DNA of 64,000 nt from Promethearchaeota archaeon (GTDB taxonomy: Archaea > Asgardarchaeota > Lokiarchaeia > Sigyniarchaeales > SOKP01). The stretch spans positions 64,001-128,000 of the forward strand of contig JBHLMQ010000001.1 of NCBI GenBank assembly GCA_048938005.1, given 5' to 3'. Shown piece by piece: positions 19,812 to 29,144 of this stretch (positions within the stretch are counted from its first letter, which is position 1; each line of letters starts with the position of its first letter). The position numbers and the translations under genes are program-made. Below the pieces are notes generated by a model, which was not told the origin of the DNA, did no database searches, and saw only the letters and a list, made by a program, of their open reading frames with translations.

Positions 19812-20486
19812 ATGAATCTTGGAGATCAAGAAATAAATCCTACAAAAATCATATGTATTGGTACAAATTATATGGATCATATCGAAGAAACTAAATTAGA
19901 TGTTCCTAAAGAACCTGTTTTGTTTCCAAAGACATTAAATTGCTTGATTTCCAATAAAGAATTTATTATTTATCCAAAATTTTTATACCAACAAAGAAAA
20001 TATAATAGAGTAGATTATGAAGTAGAATTAGCTTTTATTATAAAAGACAAATGTAAATATATTCCCAAAAATGAAGCATATAGCCATATACATGGGTATA
20101 CAGTTTTTAACGATATTACTGCAAGAAAAATGCAAGCGAAAGATATAATATCAAAATTACCATGGTTTCGTTCAAAATCATTTGACACCTTTGGACCCAT
20201 TGGCCCTAGGATTGTTAATACAGAGGAAATTAAAAATCCGCATAATCTGAAGATTGAATTAAGATTAAATGGAGAGACTAAACAATCTTCTAACACTAAA
20301 TATTTGTTATTTAAAATTCCTGAACTTTTGGAATATATCTCTACCTTTTTCACTCTCGAACCTGGAGATATTATAGCCACAGGAACGCCAAGTGGAATTG
20401 GACCTATACAACCGGGTGATATAATTGAAGCAACAATAGAAAAAATTGGAACTCTAACAAATAAGGTTGTTTTGGAAGGTGAGTAG
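19812..20486 (+). CDS. Fumarylacetoacetate hydrolase family protein, copy 1
   Basis: KIICIGTNY, DYEVEL, NDITAR, KSFDTFGPIGP, GDIIATGTPSG. Confidence 0.93.
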   Translation: MNLGDQEINPTKIICIGTNYMDHIEETKLDVPKEPVLFPKTLNCLISNKEFIIYPKFLYQQRKYNRVDYEVELAFIIKDKCKYIPKNEAYSHIHGYTVFNDITARKMQAKDIISKLPWFRSKSFDTFGPIGPRIVNTEEIKNPHNLKIELRLNGETKQSSNTKYLLFKIPELLEYISTFFTLEPGDIIATGTPSGIGPIQPGDIIEATIEKIGTLTNKVVLEGE

Positions 20487-20489
20487 AGT

Positions 20490-21167
20490 ATTAATATTAA
20501 AATTGGAAATAAAACTATAGATCCAACGAAGATAATTTGCTTAGGACGAAATTATTTAGATCATGCGCAGGAGATGAAAGCACAAGTCCCTAAGAGACCA
20601 GTATTTTTCGTAAAAACTGTGAATACATTAATCACTAATGGGAATCCAATTATTTATCCAAAAATATTATACAATAATCAGGATTATAATCGAGTAGATC
20701 ATGAAGTAGAATTAGCGTTTATAGTTTCTCAGATTTGTAAAAATATTCAAGCTGACCACGCTCACAAATTTATTGAAGGTTATACTGTTTTTCTTGATAT
20801 TACTGCTAGGAAAATGCAAATCAGAGATAGAAATATAAATTTACCATGGTATAGAAGTAAAAATTTTGATACTTTTGGTCCTATTGGTCCGAGGATCACA
20901 CCTTATAGTGAGATTGAAGATCCTCATAATTTAAATATTCAATTAAAAATTAATGGAGAAATACGGCAACAATCCAATACTATAAATATGCTTTTTAAAA
21001 TTCCAGAAATTTTAGCCTATCTTTCCAAGTTTATCACATTAGTCTCTGGGGATATTGTAGCAACAGGTACGCCAAGTGGAGTGGGATCAATCCAACCAGG
21101 AGATATCATTGAAGCTTCAATAGATCAAATTGGAACCATTACACATGAGGTAATTTTGGAAGAATAG
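20490..21167 (+). CDS. Fumarylacetoacetate hydrolase family protein, copy 2 (probable ATT start)
   Basis: Open frame upstream of ATG 20574 encodes the conserved NIKIGNKTIDPTKIICLGRNYLDHAQE; bounded by TAG 20484-86; SD AGGTGA 7 nt before ATT 20490. Confidence 0.88.
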   Translation: MNIKIGNKTIDPTKIICLGRNYLDHAQEMKAQVPKRPVFFVKTVNTLITNGNPIIYPKILYNNQDYNRVDHEVELAFIVSQICKNIQADHAHKFIEGYTVFLDITARKMQIRDRNINLPWYRSKNFDTFGPIGPRITPYSEIEDPHNLNIQLKINGEIRQQSNTINMLFKIPEILAYLSKFITLVSGDIVATGTPSGVGSIQPGDIIEASIDQIGTITHEVILEE

Positions 21168-21430
21168 AACTAAATTATAATTTTCTATGTAGGTAAGATT
21201 TAAGATTTATTTTTATTAGCAACATATTTTTAAACAAGAAATTTTATTATTTTCAGTAGTAGATAACAAATTAAAAAATATCAAAACGATTTTTAATAGC
21301 TTCTGAATTCGCCTAAGTTAACTACTGAGATGGGTGCAACAGATTTAATAATACTAAATTATAAAATTATAGATGAATTGATTAGATTTGTTAGTTAAAA
21401 TTTATTAATAATTAGTAATATCTTACTATA

Positions 21431-21616
21431 ATGATCGCAGAGGTTAATGAAGAAGTCAAGAAAGAAATTTTTAATTTAATATCAACTCCTGGAATTGAGA
21501 TAGAAGATATTATTGCTAAAGTAGGGTTGGATTATGATACAATATTAAAAATTTTATCTGAAGAATACTTTAAATGTAATCTCGATCATGGACGTAGGCC
21601 TTGTTGTAGATTTTAA
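21431..21616 (+). CDS. Small hypothetical protein, HTH-like with a C-terminal Cys cluster
   Basis: 61 aa; IEDIIAKVGLDYDTILKIL resembles an HTH; ends CNLDHGRRPCCRF. Confidence 0.55.
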   Translation: MIAEVNEEVKKEIFNLISTPGIEIEDIIAKVGLDYDTILKILSEEYFKCNLDHGRRPCCRF

Positions 21617-21830
21617 TTCATTCTTATTTTAATAAAACTTTTTAATTTCCCTTAATTCACTAAATCACTAAGTTCAAATAATTTTTAAATGGCTTAGGAC
21701 GTAATAATAAAACGGTTTCAATATAATATAGATATTGAAATGTTCTAGTAAGAAAATAGAGTTTATTTTTATGTTCATTAGTCTTTTAAAATTAGTATTG
21801 AAATAAATTACTGTTAGAAGATTAAAGAAA

Positions 21831-22325
21831 ATGAGTGAAAAAGGTAAAGTCGTTGTTAAGGCATTAGTAACTGGAGGAAGTGCCAGTGGAGGGCCTCCAA
21901 TTGGTCCTACCGTTGGTCCAACGGGAATTAATATTAAGGATGTAGTTGATGAGATCAACAAGCAGACAATGGTGTTTAAGGGATTAACAGTACCTGTTAG
22001 AATTGAATGTGATCCAGAAACAAAACAGTTTGAAATTTTTATCGAAACACCTTCAACAGCCTCATTATTATTAAAAGAAGTAGGCGCTGAAAAAGGGAGT
22101 TCTGTCCCTTCAGAAGATAAAATTGGGAATGTGACACTTGAACAAATTCAAAATGTTGTAGATGCTAAAAAAGATAAATTTTTGGATAAAAGCTATAAAA
22201 CAGCTGTAAAAACAGTGTTAGGAACAGCATTGTCGGTAGGGTTAACTGTAGAAGGAGAGGATCCAAGAATAGTCCAAAAAAGAATAGATAATGGAGAATA
22301 TGACGATAAAATAAGAGGTGATTGA
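21831..22325 (+). CDS. rpl11: 50S ribosomal protein uL11
   Basis: GGSASGGPPIGP, TPSTASLLLKE. Confidence 0.97.
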   Translation: MSEKGKVVVKALVTGGSASGGPPIGPTVGPTGINIKDVVDEINKQTMVFKGLTVPVRIECDPETKQFEIFIETPSTASLLLKEVGAEKGSSVPSEDKIGNVTLEQIQNVVDAKKDKFLDKSYKTAVKTVLGTALSVGLTVEGEDPRIVQKRIDNGEYDDKIRGD

Positions 22326-22331
22326 TAAAAA

Positions 22332-23060
22332 TTGAAAGTGGATGATAAATTATTAAAGAGATCATTAAACGCTGCTATTGATTTTTCTATAATTAAAAAA
22401 GAAGGATTTAAAGATAAAGTTAGAAAATTTGATGAATCAATTGATCTTATAATAAATATAAAAGATGTTAATCTAAACGATCCAAAAAACAGAATTGATA
22501 AAGAAATTATTTTATCGAACGAAATAATAACTGATGATAAACCCAATATATGTGTGATCGCTTCAGACGAGATATTACTTGAAGGCAAAAAACTCGGTAT
22601 TGATACGCTTGATTCAGACGGGTTGATTAAATTAAATAATGAAGAGAAAAAGTATAAGAAAAAATTTGCTAAAAAATATGATTATTTTGTTGTGGAAGAT
22701 AAAATGATGAGGGATGTTGCCCGATACTTAGCAAGATTTCTTGGACCTGTCGGTAAAATGCCAAAACCTTTCCCTACTGGATATGGAATCATTTCTAGCC
22801 CAGATGATTTAAAAGTAGCATATGAACGATATAAAAAAGTTATTCGGATTCAAATGAAAAAGCAACCTATTATTTTCGCAAAAATCGGGAAAAAATCTAT
22901 GGATAAGGAAAAATTATATGAAAATATGAAAACGGTTGTAAATTTTATTGTTGATCAAATGCCACATAAATTTAATAACTTTAGATCAATGTATCTAAAA
23001 TCTACAATGGGTAAACCTGTAAAAGTTACAGAAGAATTCCTAAAAAGCATTGAGGTGTGA
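22332..23060 (+). CDS. rpl1: 50S ribosomal protein uL1 (TTG start)
   Basis: RKFDESIDL, LGPVGKMPKP, KSTMGKPVKV. Confidence 0.95.
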   Translation: MKVDDKLLKRSLNAAIDFSIIKKEGFKDKVRKFDESIDLIINIKDVNLNDPKNRIDKEIILSNEIITDDKPNICVIASDEILLEGKKLGIDTLDSDGLIKLNNEEKKYKKKFAKKYDYFVVEDKMMRDVARYLARFLGPVGKMPKPFPTGYGIISSPDDLKVAYERYKKVIRIQMKKQPIIFAKIGKKSMDKEKLYENMKTVVNFIVDQMPHKFNNFRSMYLKSTMGKPVKVTEEFLKSIEV

Positions 23061-23064
23061 AATC

Positions 23065-23952
23065 ATGATTAAGAATAAACACATCCCACAATGGAAAATA
23101 GATGAAATTAATCATTTGGTTGATTTATTTAAGAACTATAAAAATATTGCTGTGATTGAAGTTGGTCGTATAAATGATATGCAATTTCAAGCAATGAAGA
23201 AAATTTTAAGAGGAAAAGCTGTATTTAGGATGTCTAAGAAATCACTTCAATTACGTGCCATAGAACATTATAAAAAAGAATCTAAAAAGAAAAATCTAGA
23301 TGAATTTGCAAAAAATATTCCAGGTCAATCTAGTCTTGTATTTACTAATATCGACTTGTTTGAATTAAAAAAGATTTTTCTTGAAAACGAGTGGATGGTC
23401 CCTGCAAAACCGAATGAAATTACTCCAGTAGATATATGGGTCCCTGCGGGTGACACTGGACTTCCCACAGGTCAAGTGATAAGCGAATTAAACATGACTT
23501 TGCGATTACCGACAAGAATAATAAATGATACAATCCATATTCGGGAAGATACAAGAACACACAAAGCTGGTGATCTAGTCAATGTTAAACAAGCTGCAGT
23601 TTTGAAAAAGCTAGGAATTACACCTATAGAATCATTGATTAAGATCCACTTTGCATGGAGTGATGGCGAAATTATCCCTGAAGAAATTTTATATATGGAT
23701 ATAGAACAATTGGAGCATGATATTACTATAGCTTACAGACAAGCATTAGGAATTCTTTTTGAAATGCCTTTCTTTTCAGAAGATATGACAGATAAATACA
23801 TTCATAAAGCTGTATCTGAAGCTAATATCTTAAATGCTCATATTTTTGGAGAAGGTATCGAAACATCTATAAGAGAAAAACCTAAAGTTGAAGAAAAGAA
23901 ATCAGAAGATGAAGAAGAAGAATCTGTTGGTATTGGAGGATTATTTGGGTGA
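23065..23952 (+). CDS. rpl10: 50S ribosomal protein uL10 (P0)
   Basis: IPQWKIDEI, PAGDTGLPTG, acidic tail ending GIGGLFG; ATG 23065 follows SD GAGGTG. Confidence 0.95.
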   Translation: MIKNKHIPQWKIDEINHLVDLFKNYKNIAVIEVGRINDMQFQAMKKILRGKAVFRMSKKSLQLRAIEHYKKESKKKNLDEFAKNIPGQSSLVFTNIDLFELKKIFLENEWMVPAKPNEITPVDIWVPAGDTGLPTGQVISELNMTLRLPTRIINDTIHIREDTRTHKAGDLVNVKQAAVLKKLGITPIESLIKIHFAWSDGEIIPEEILYMDIEQLEHDITIAYRQALGILFEMPFFSEDMTDKYIHKAVSEANILNAHIFGEGIETSIREKPKVEEKKSEDEEEESVGIGGLFG

Positions 23953-24028
23953 ATAATTTAGATTTTTTTTAAATTTCTATTAAAATTACAAATATAATGA
24001 TAAAAAAATAAAAAAGAGGTTTGATTAT

Positions 24029-24316
24029 ATGGAAAGTATTTACGCTGCCTTATTATTACATAAAGCTGAAAAAAAAATTACTGAGGCAAATTTAGAGAAA
24101 GTATTGACTGCAGCAGGTGCGAAAGTTGATAAAACCGAAATTGCTAAGCTCATTACTGGATTGAAGGGAGCAGATATCGATAAAATTATAAAATCAACTA
24201 GTACCATGCCAGTAATGGCATCTCCATCCGAAAAACCTGCTAAAAAGAAAATAGAAGAAAAAGAGAAAAAAGAAGAAGTAGAAGAAGAACCCACAGGTAT
24301 TGGTTCATTATTTTAG
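24029..24316 (+). CDS. rpl12: Ribosomal stalk protein P1 (aL12)
   Basis: MESIYAALLLH, acidic tail ending GIGSLF. Confidence 0.95.
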   Translation: MESIYAALLLHKAEKKITEANLEKVLTAAGAKVDKTEIAKLITGLKGADIDKIIKSTSTMPVMASPSEKPAKKKIEEKEKKEEVEEEPTGIGSLF

Positions 24317-24575
24317 CCTGAATGCAGAATAGAAAAATTAAAGCTAATGATTCAAAAGGTAGTAATAACTGGATAGTGAATAATATATAAATAGTTGTTA
24401 TTTTAAAGGATAACATTTTTACTCGAAATTTTTCAGAATATACTTAATTTTGAATCGCAAACTTTTTTTTAAATTCAATTTTTTTTAAATTACATTTTAA
24501 AATAAAGAATAACAAAATATCTACCTAATTGATTTACTAAAATTTACTTTAAAAAACTCACGTTGTTGAATATAA

Positions 24576-26057
24576 ATGGCTGGAAAGTTTCTAAAATTCT
24601 TCTCACCATTCGTAAAGGCAATGCCGGAACTCAAACAACCGCAACGTGAAGTTTCTTTTAAAGAAAAATTCATTTGGACCGCTGTTGTTTTGATCATTTA
24701 CCTAATCTTAAGTAGTATTCCTCTTTACGGTACCCAGATGGCCGAATCAACTGATTATTTCTATTGGTTAAGAGTAATTCTTGCGAGTACACGCGGTCAC
24801 TTAACAGAATTAGGTATAGGTCCCATAGTTACAGCTGGTCTTATCATGCAGTTACTTTTAGGTTCAAGGATAATTAATGTAAACATGGCAGATCCATACG
24901 ATAGAGCTATGTTTAGTGGAGCTCAAAAAGTGCTTGCTATATTTTTAACGATATTCAATGCTATAGCCTATATTTTAGGGGGGGCATTTGGCCCATTATC
25001 AAGCATTGTGGATGCATATGGTGTAGGAGGACCATTCTTTATTTTTTTCCAGTTATTATTTGCTGGAATAATAATAGTATTGTTAGATGAATTACTTCAA
25101 AAGGGATGGGGTCTTGGTAGTGGAGTTTCTTTATTTATAGCAGCGGGTGTTGCTGGACAGATCTTTTGGCATGCTTTTAGTTTTGTCCCTGCTGCTGATG
25201 GCGTCCCAACAGGAGTTGTAATTGCTTTCTTTTCAGTGTTATTTGATGGTAATCCTGATACAAACCTTGGAACTATTCTTATACGAGGAAATTTTCCATC
25301 ATTGATAGGGGGTCTTACGACACTTTTAATATTCTTTTTAGTAATCTGGTTTGAATCTACGCGAGTTGAGATCCCACTTGCATATCGAGGCTATCGAGGT
25401 TTTAAAGGTAAATACCCCATGAAGCTCCTTTATGTCTCCAATATCCCTGTGATTTTGGTCAATGCGTTATATGCTAATATTCTATTCTTCGGACAATTAT
25501 TAGCGGGACCTACATCCGGATTGCGGGCATCAAATGGTGGAATTATCCCTGATTTTTGGCTTAATTTAATAGGAGTGTTTGAATCTGAAACAGCGGATGT
25601 GGGAAGTCAACTTATACCGAAAGGCGGGTTAATTTATTTGCTCACACCTCCATTAGGAGTTGATCAGTTAGCAGAAAATCCTCTTAGAGCCGTGATTTAT
25701 TTAGTGATATTTATTTTTCTTTGTATATTGCTCGGCCGTGTATGGGTCGAAGTTTCCGGATTAGCACCACGTGATATTGCCAGTCAAATAATAGATTCAC
25801 AGATGCAAGTACCTGGATTTAGGAGCTCTGGTAAAATAGTCGAACGAATATTGAAGCGATATATCCCAACACTGGTAATATTAAATGGTATTATTATTGC
25901 ATCATTGAGCTTCTTCGCAGATAGCTTAAGAGCGTTAACTTCAGGCACGGGATTACTAATAACAATTGGAATTGTGCATCAATATGCCGAGACAATCTCG
26001 AAGGAACTCGCAGCGGCACAATACCCAGGCATGCGTGCTATGCTTGGTTTAGATTAG
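24576..26057 (+). CDS. secY: Protein translocase subunit SecY/Sec61alpha
   Basis: ELGIGPIVTAG, GLGSGVSLFIA, YPMKLLYVSNIP, PGFR. Confidence 0.98.
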   Translation: MAGKFLKFFSPFVKAMPELKQPQREVSFKEKFIWTAVVLIIYLILSSIPLYGTQMAESTDYFYWLRVILASTRGHLTELGIGPIVTAGLIMQLLLGSRIINVNMADPYDRAMFSGAQKVLAIFLTIFNAIAYILGGAFGPLSSIVDAYGVGGPFFIFFQLLFAGIIIVLLDELLQKGWGLGSGVSLFIAAGVAGQIFWHAFSFVPAADGVPTGVVIAFFSVLFDGNPDTNLGTILIRGNFPSLIGGLTTLLIFFLVIWFESTRVEIPLAYRGYRGFKGKYPMKLLYVSNIPVILVNALYANILFFGQLLAGPTSGLRASNGGIIPDFWLNLIGVFESETADVGSQLIPKGGLIYLLTPPLGVDQLAENPLRAVIYLVIFIFLCILLGRVWVEVSGLAPRDIASQIIDSQMQVPGFRSSGKIVERILKRYIPTLVILNGIIIASLSFFADSLRALTSGTGLLITIGIVHQYAETISKELAAAQYPGMRAMLGLD

Positions 26058-26224
26058 ACGGATAATCTCATCTAATCAAAAAGAAATTATGTAAGACTAG
26101 CTTAGATTATTATAAATATAATTATTTTTGATTTAGATCAAGCATAGAATTATTTATGAATTTATTATGAAAACTAAATCATCTGAAAACTTTATAATTA
26201 TTTCAATATAAATAATCTATAGAG

Positions 26225-26824
26225 ATGTTATCTTTGATGTTTGTAACTTTTTGGGATTTCATTATAAATCCTCCAGGAACGATGATATTTGTTTTTTTGT
26301 TAGCTTTAGCAACAGCGTTAATTAGTGCTCTTTTAACAAAGTGGTTAGTAGATACTGAAGAAATAAACCGGAAACAAAAACAAATAAAAGCTCATGAAGA
26401 AGAAAAACAAAATATAATTGATTTAGCAGAAAATGACCCTGAACGCTATAGAAAGGCTCGAAAAAGATGGGAACGTAAAGATGCTATGTTAAAGAAAACA
26501 CAGCAACGAATGGCGCTTCAAAGGATGAAACCAACATGTATAACATTTATTCCAATGATTATAATTTTTGGTATTATGAATACGATTTTTGGCGGGAGAC
26601 AAATAGCATTATCCCCGATGCACGCTAATGATGTTCCAATAATAGGCCCAATAATAAGTGCTGATGCATTTTGGATTAATTTTACAGCTTGGTACTTTCT
26701 TTGCTCTTTGGGAATTAACACACTTGTTCAAAGGGTATTAAAACTTCAGAGCCAAGCTTCAGGAGGAATGGGAGGTATGTTTGCTGGCCAGAAAGCAAAA
26801 TCATTAGAATTTCCAGAGGTATAA
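26225..26824 (+). CDS. EMC3/TMCO1 (Oxa1 superfamily, DUF106) membrane insertase
   Basis: TM - coiled coil - MKPTCITFIP - WYFLCS; usual position downstream of secY. Confidence 0.88.
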   Translation: MLSLMFVTFWDFIINPPGTMIFVFLLALATALISALLTKWLVDTEEINRKQKQIKAHEEEKQNIIDLAENDPERYRKARKRWERKDAMLKKTQQRMALQRMKPTCITFIPMIIIFGIMNTIFGGRQIALSPMHANDVPIIGPIISADAFWINFTAWYFLCSLGINTLVQRVLKLQSQASGGMGGMFAGQKAKSLEFPEV

Positions 26825-26851
26825 CATATTAAATCTATATAAATAAATATA

Positions 26852-26982
26852 CGCAACGGGAGGGATATATTCCCATAAGAAGTGGCTTCTTATCGTTTGA
26901 ACCCCCGAGTGCATTCACACACCGGCTTTCTGGGACAGAATCCTCTCCAAGCCGGCGCCGTACCGGGCTAGGCAACCGTTGC
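26852..26982 (-). tRNA. tRNA-Ser(GGA) with two introns (17 nt at 37/38, 26928-26944; 30 nt at 58/59, 26867-26896)
   Basis: Acceptor stem GCAACGG/CCGTTGC plus G73, anticodon stem CCGGC/GCCGG, long variable arm, T-stem GGGGG/CCCTC; both inserts form BHB motifs. Confidence 0.9.
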
Positions 26983-27033
26983 ATATAAAAAAATAAATAT
27001 TCAAATTATTTTCTTGATTTTAATTTACTTATA

Positions 27034-27306
27034 CTATTTTATAGGGATAGAGACAAGTTCTTTCATTTTCTTTTCTAATTTTGCTTTTTTAATCGCAGCT
27101 TCTACTTCCTCATGCGACGCTCCTTTCTTGATTTCTACAGTTTCTGTAATTGGTTCAATATGTTTATAATTTATCCTTCTTCTTCGAACTTTTAATCCAT
27201 CAATAAGCAAGTAATTCTTATCAATGACATCAACAATAACACAGTAATATCCTGATTCTCTTCCCATGGTTTTTATGCATAATCTTCCAATATTGTACAC
27301 GCTCAT
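27034..27306 (-). CDS. rpl14e: 50S ribosomal protein eL14
   Basis: IGRLCIKTMGRESG, CVIVDVIDKNY, VRRRRINYKHIEP. Confidence 0.95.
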   Translation of the reverse strand: MSVYNIGRLCIKTMGRESGYYCVIVDVIDKNYLLIDGLKVRRRRINYKHIEPITETVEIKKGASHEEVEAAIKKAKLEKKMKELVSIPIK

Positions 27307-27453
27307 ATAATTTGTCACCAAATTATTTATAAAATTTTCTTTATTACTGACTTTTTTAAGTGGCCAGTAAACAAAAACAATTTATAGTGATTTAGAAAAT
27401 CAATACGAAAATAAAATTTTTATGCTTTTTCCAATCATATTAGTTTATCACAA

Positions 27454-27987
27454 TCACATTTTTTCTAAGATTGAAAGAATTTCTTGTAAAATTTCCTCAA
27501 CTGTAAGGTTTTCTGTATTTATAATTAGGTCATATGTTTTTTTTACTACTTCTTGATCGCTCAAATCGATATTATAGAGATGTTTAAATCGTGCTAATTC
27601 TGATTCTTCTCTCAATTTCGTCTCTTTTAACTTTTCTTCATAAGGTGTACTGTCTCTTTCGGCCATTCGTTTAACTCTGATTTCTAATGGACATAATAAT
27701 AATATTTTAAAATCTGCTATAGATTTCAGAATATATCCACTTAATTGACTGTCAATAATGATATTCCCTTTTTGGGCAATTTCAATTATTTTTTCATCTA
27801 ATTTTTCATCTATTTCAGGATTTTTTTCAACATATTCAGTAAATTCTTCTAATGTCATATTCATTTCTTGTGCAAGATCTCTAAATGCTTGTCCAGTGCT
27901 GTAATATCGGATTCTTAAATTTTTTGCAATTAGTTTTCCTATTGTACTTTTACCAGTTCCGTGGAGACCTGAAATAGTCAAGATCAT
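27454..27987 (-). CDS. cmk: Archaeal cytidylate kinase
   Basis: TISGLHGTGKST, STGQAFR, RVKRMAERD; lies between L34e and L14e. Confidence 0.93.
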   Translation of the reverse strand: MILTISGLHGTGKSTIGKLIAKNLRIRYYSTGQAFRDLAQEMNMTLEEFTEYVEKNPEIDEKLDEKIIEIAQKGNIIIDSQLSGYILKSIADFKILLLCPLEIRVKRMAERDSTPYEEKLKETKLREESELARFKHLYNIDLSDQEVVKKTYDLIINTENLTVEEILQEILSILEKM

Positions 27988-28092
27988 TATATTATAAATT
28001 GTGTGATTTAGAATATTAATTCAATTATTAAAATGAAAATTTATGATTTTTTCTATTAAAACTATAGAATCAAGAAAAAAATTAAAAATGAA

Positions 28093-28362
28093 TTATTGAC
28101 TCCAAACCGTTTCTTTTATTAAAGATTGAAGACATTTTGCGCAATATCTTCCACTTTCCGTTCTATTTGCTCTTCTCGCTGTTTTATATGTTTTAGTCAT
28201 TTTGGAAGGTCGTAATCTTGGAATAGATTGAAGTGGTTTTTTACAAATGGCACAAATTGCTCTTTTGGGTTTTCTTCTCCAATAATGGGTAATATTTTGG
28301 TTTCCGGGGGTTCTTAATTTCTTCCTAGCTTGAGCTTTAGATCGTAAGCTTGGACGTGGAAT
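28093..28362 (-). CDS. rpl34e: 50S ribosomal protein eL34 (ATT start; absent from the ORF track)
   Basis: (M)PRPSLRSKAQARKKLRTPG...CAICKKPL...CAKC; ATT sits where the MPRP Met is expected; canonical L34e-cmk-L14e order. Confidence 0.92.
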   Translation of the reverse strand: MPRPSLRSKAQARKKLRTPGNQNITHYWRRKPKRAICAICKKPLQSIPRLRPSKMTKTYKTARRANRTESGRYCAKCLQSLIKETVWSQ

Positions 28363-28457
28363 TGCAATTACCTTTTTTTTCTTATTTTTGAGATAATATT
28401 AAATTAAAAATAATATGAAGTTAAAGAGCAGAAGAAATATTAATTTTGCGATTTTTA

Positions 28458-29081
28458 TTAAGTTTTTAGAGTTATTTTATTTTGAAATTCTTTAAATATA
28501 TGATATAAATTATCTATGAATTCCTCTTTTATTTTCGCATCATATTTAAGTTTATCAATGTTATTTAATGCTTTTTTTTGAAGTGACTTAACCCTAAATA
28601 AAATATCATCTAATCCTGGAAAATCATTTAGATTATGAGTCAATTCTTCGAATAAGTTAAAGATAAAGTCATTTTTTGTTAAACCGTCTAAAGATAAAGC
28701 ATCCATTAGAGTTATAAAAGAAGAGGTTATTTCTGACGTAATACCTGGTAATTCTAGAAAAGTTCGATTTTTCGTAGATAATTTATCATCTGATAAATTT
28801 AGGGAAGAAACTCGATTTATAATAGTAATTGCGGTTTTGTATTCGTGGGAAATATCCATTTTTTTTAATAAATCTGACAAGTGGAGATTATTCTCTTTTA
28901 GGATAAAGTTTAACTTTATTAAATTATTCATAGTACTTTTTAAAGCTTTTCTGAAGAAATTATCATTAACTATACCTTTTTGATATTTATTATTCAAGTT
29001 TGTTATAGATTTAACTAATGCGAAGAGCTCAGATTCAATTTTTATTTTATTATCGGAAGCAATGTAATTATCTTCAACCAT
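28458..29081 (-). CDS. Vps28-like (ESCRT-I) protein
   Basis: ESELFALVKSI...YQKGIV N-terminal motif and ITSSFITLMDALSL, matching the Vps28 FITxMDALKL signature. Confidence 0.75.
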   Translation of the reverse strand: MVEDNYIASDNKIKIESELFALVKSITNLNNKYQKGIVNDNFFRKALKSTMNNLIKLNFILKENNLHLSDLLKKMDISHEYKTAITIINRVSSLNLSDDKLSTKNRTFLELPGITSEITSSFITLMDALSLDGLTKNDFIFNLFEELTHNLNDFPGLDDILFRVKSLQKKALNNIDKLKYDAKIKEEFIDNLYHIFKEFQNKITLKT

Positions 29082-29144
29082 ATTAAAGTTTAACAATTAT
29101 AAATTGAAATTTATATATAAGGTTTGGATTGAGAGTTAATAAAT

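Noticed and set aside
21168-26224. Possible ncRNA or SECIS elements in intergenic gaps (21168-21430, 24317-24575, 26058-26224)
   Set aside because: AT-rich with no convincing stem, K-turn/SECIS core or paired C/D boxes by eye; a covariance-model search would be needed.
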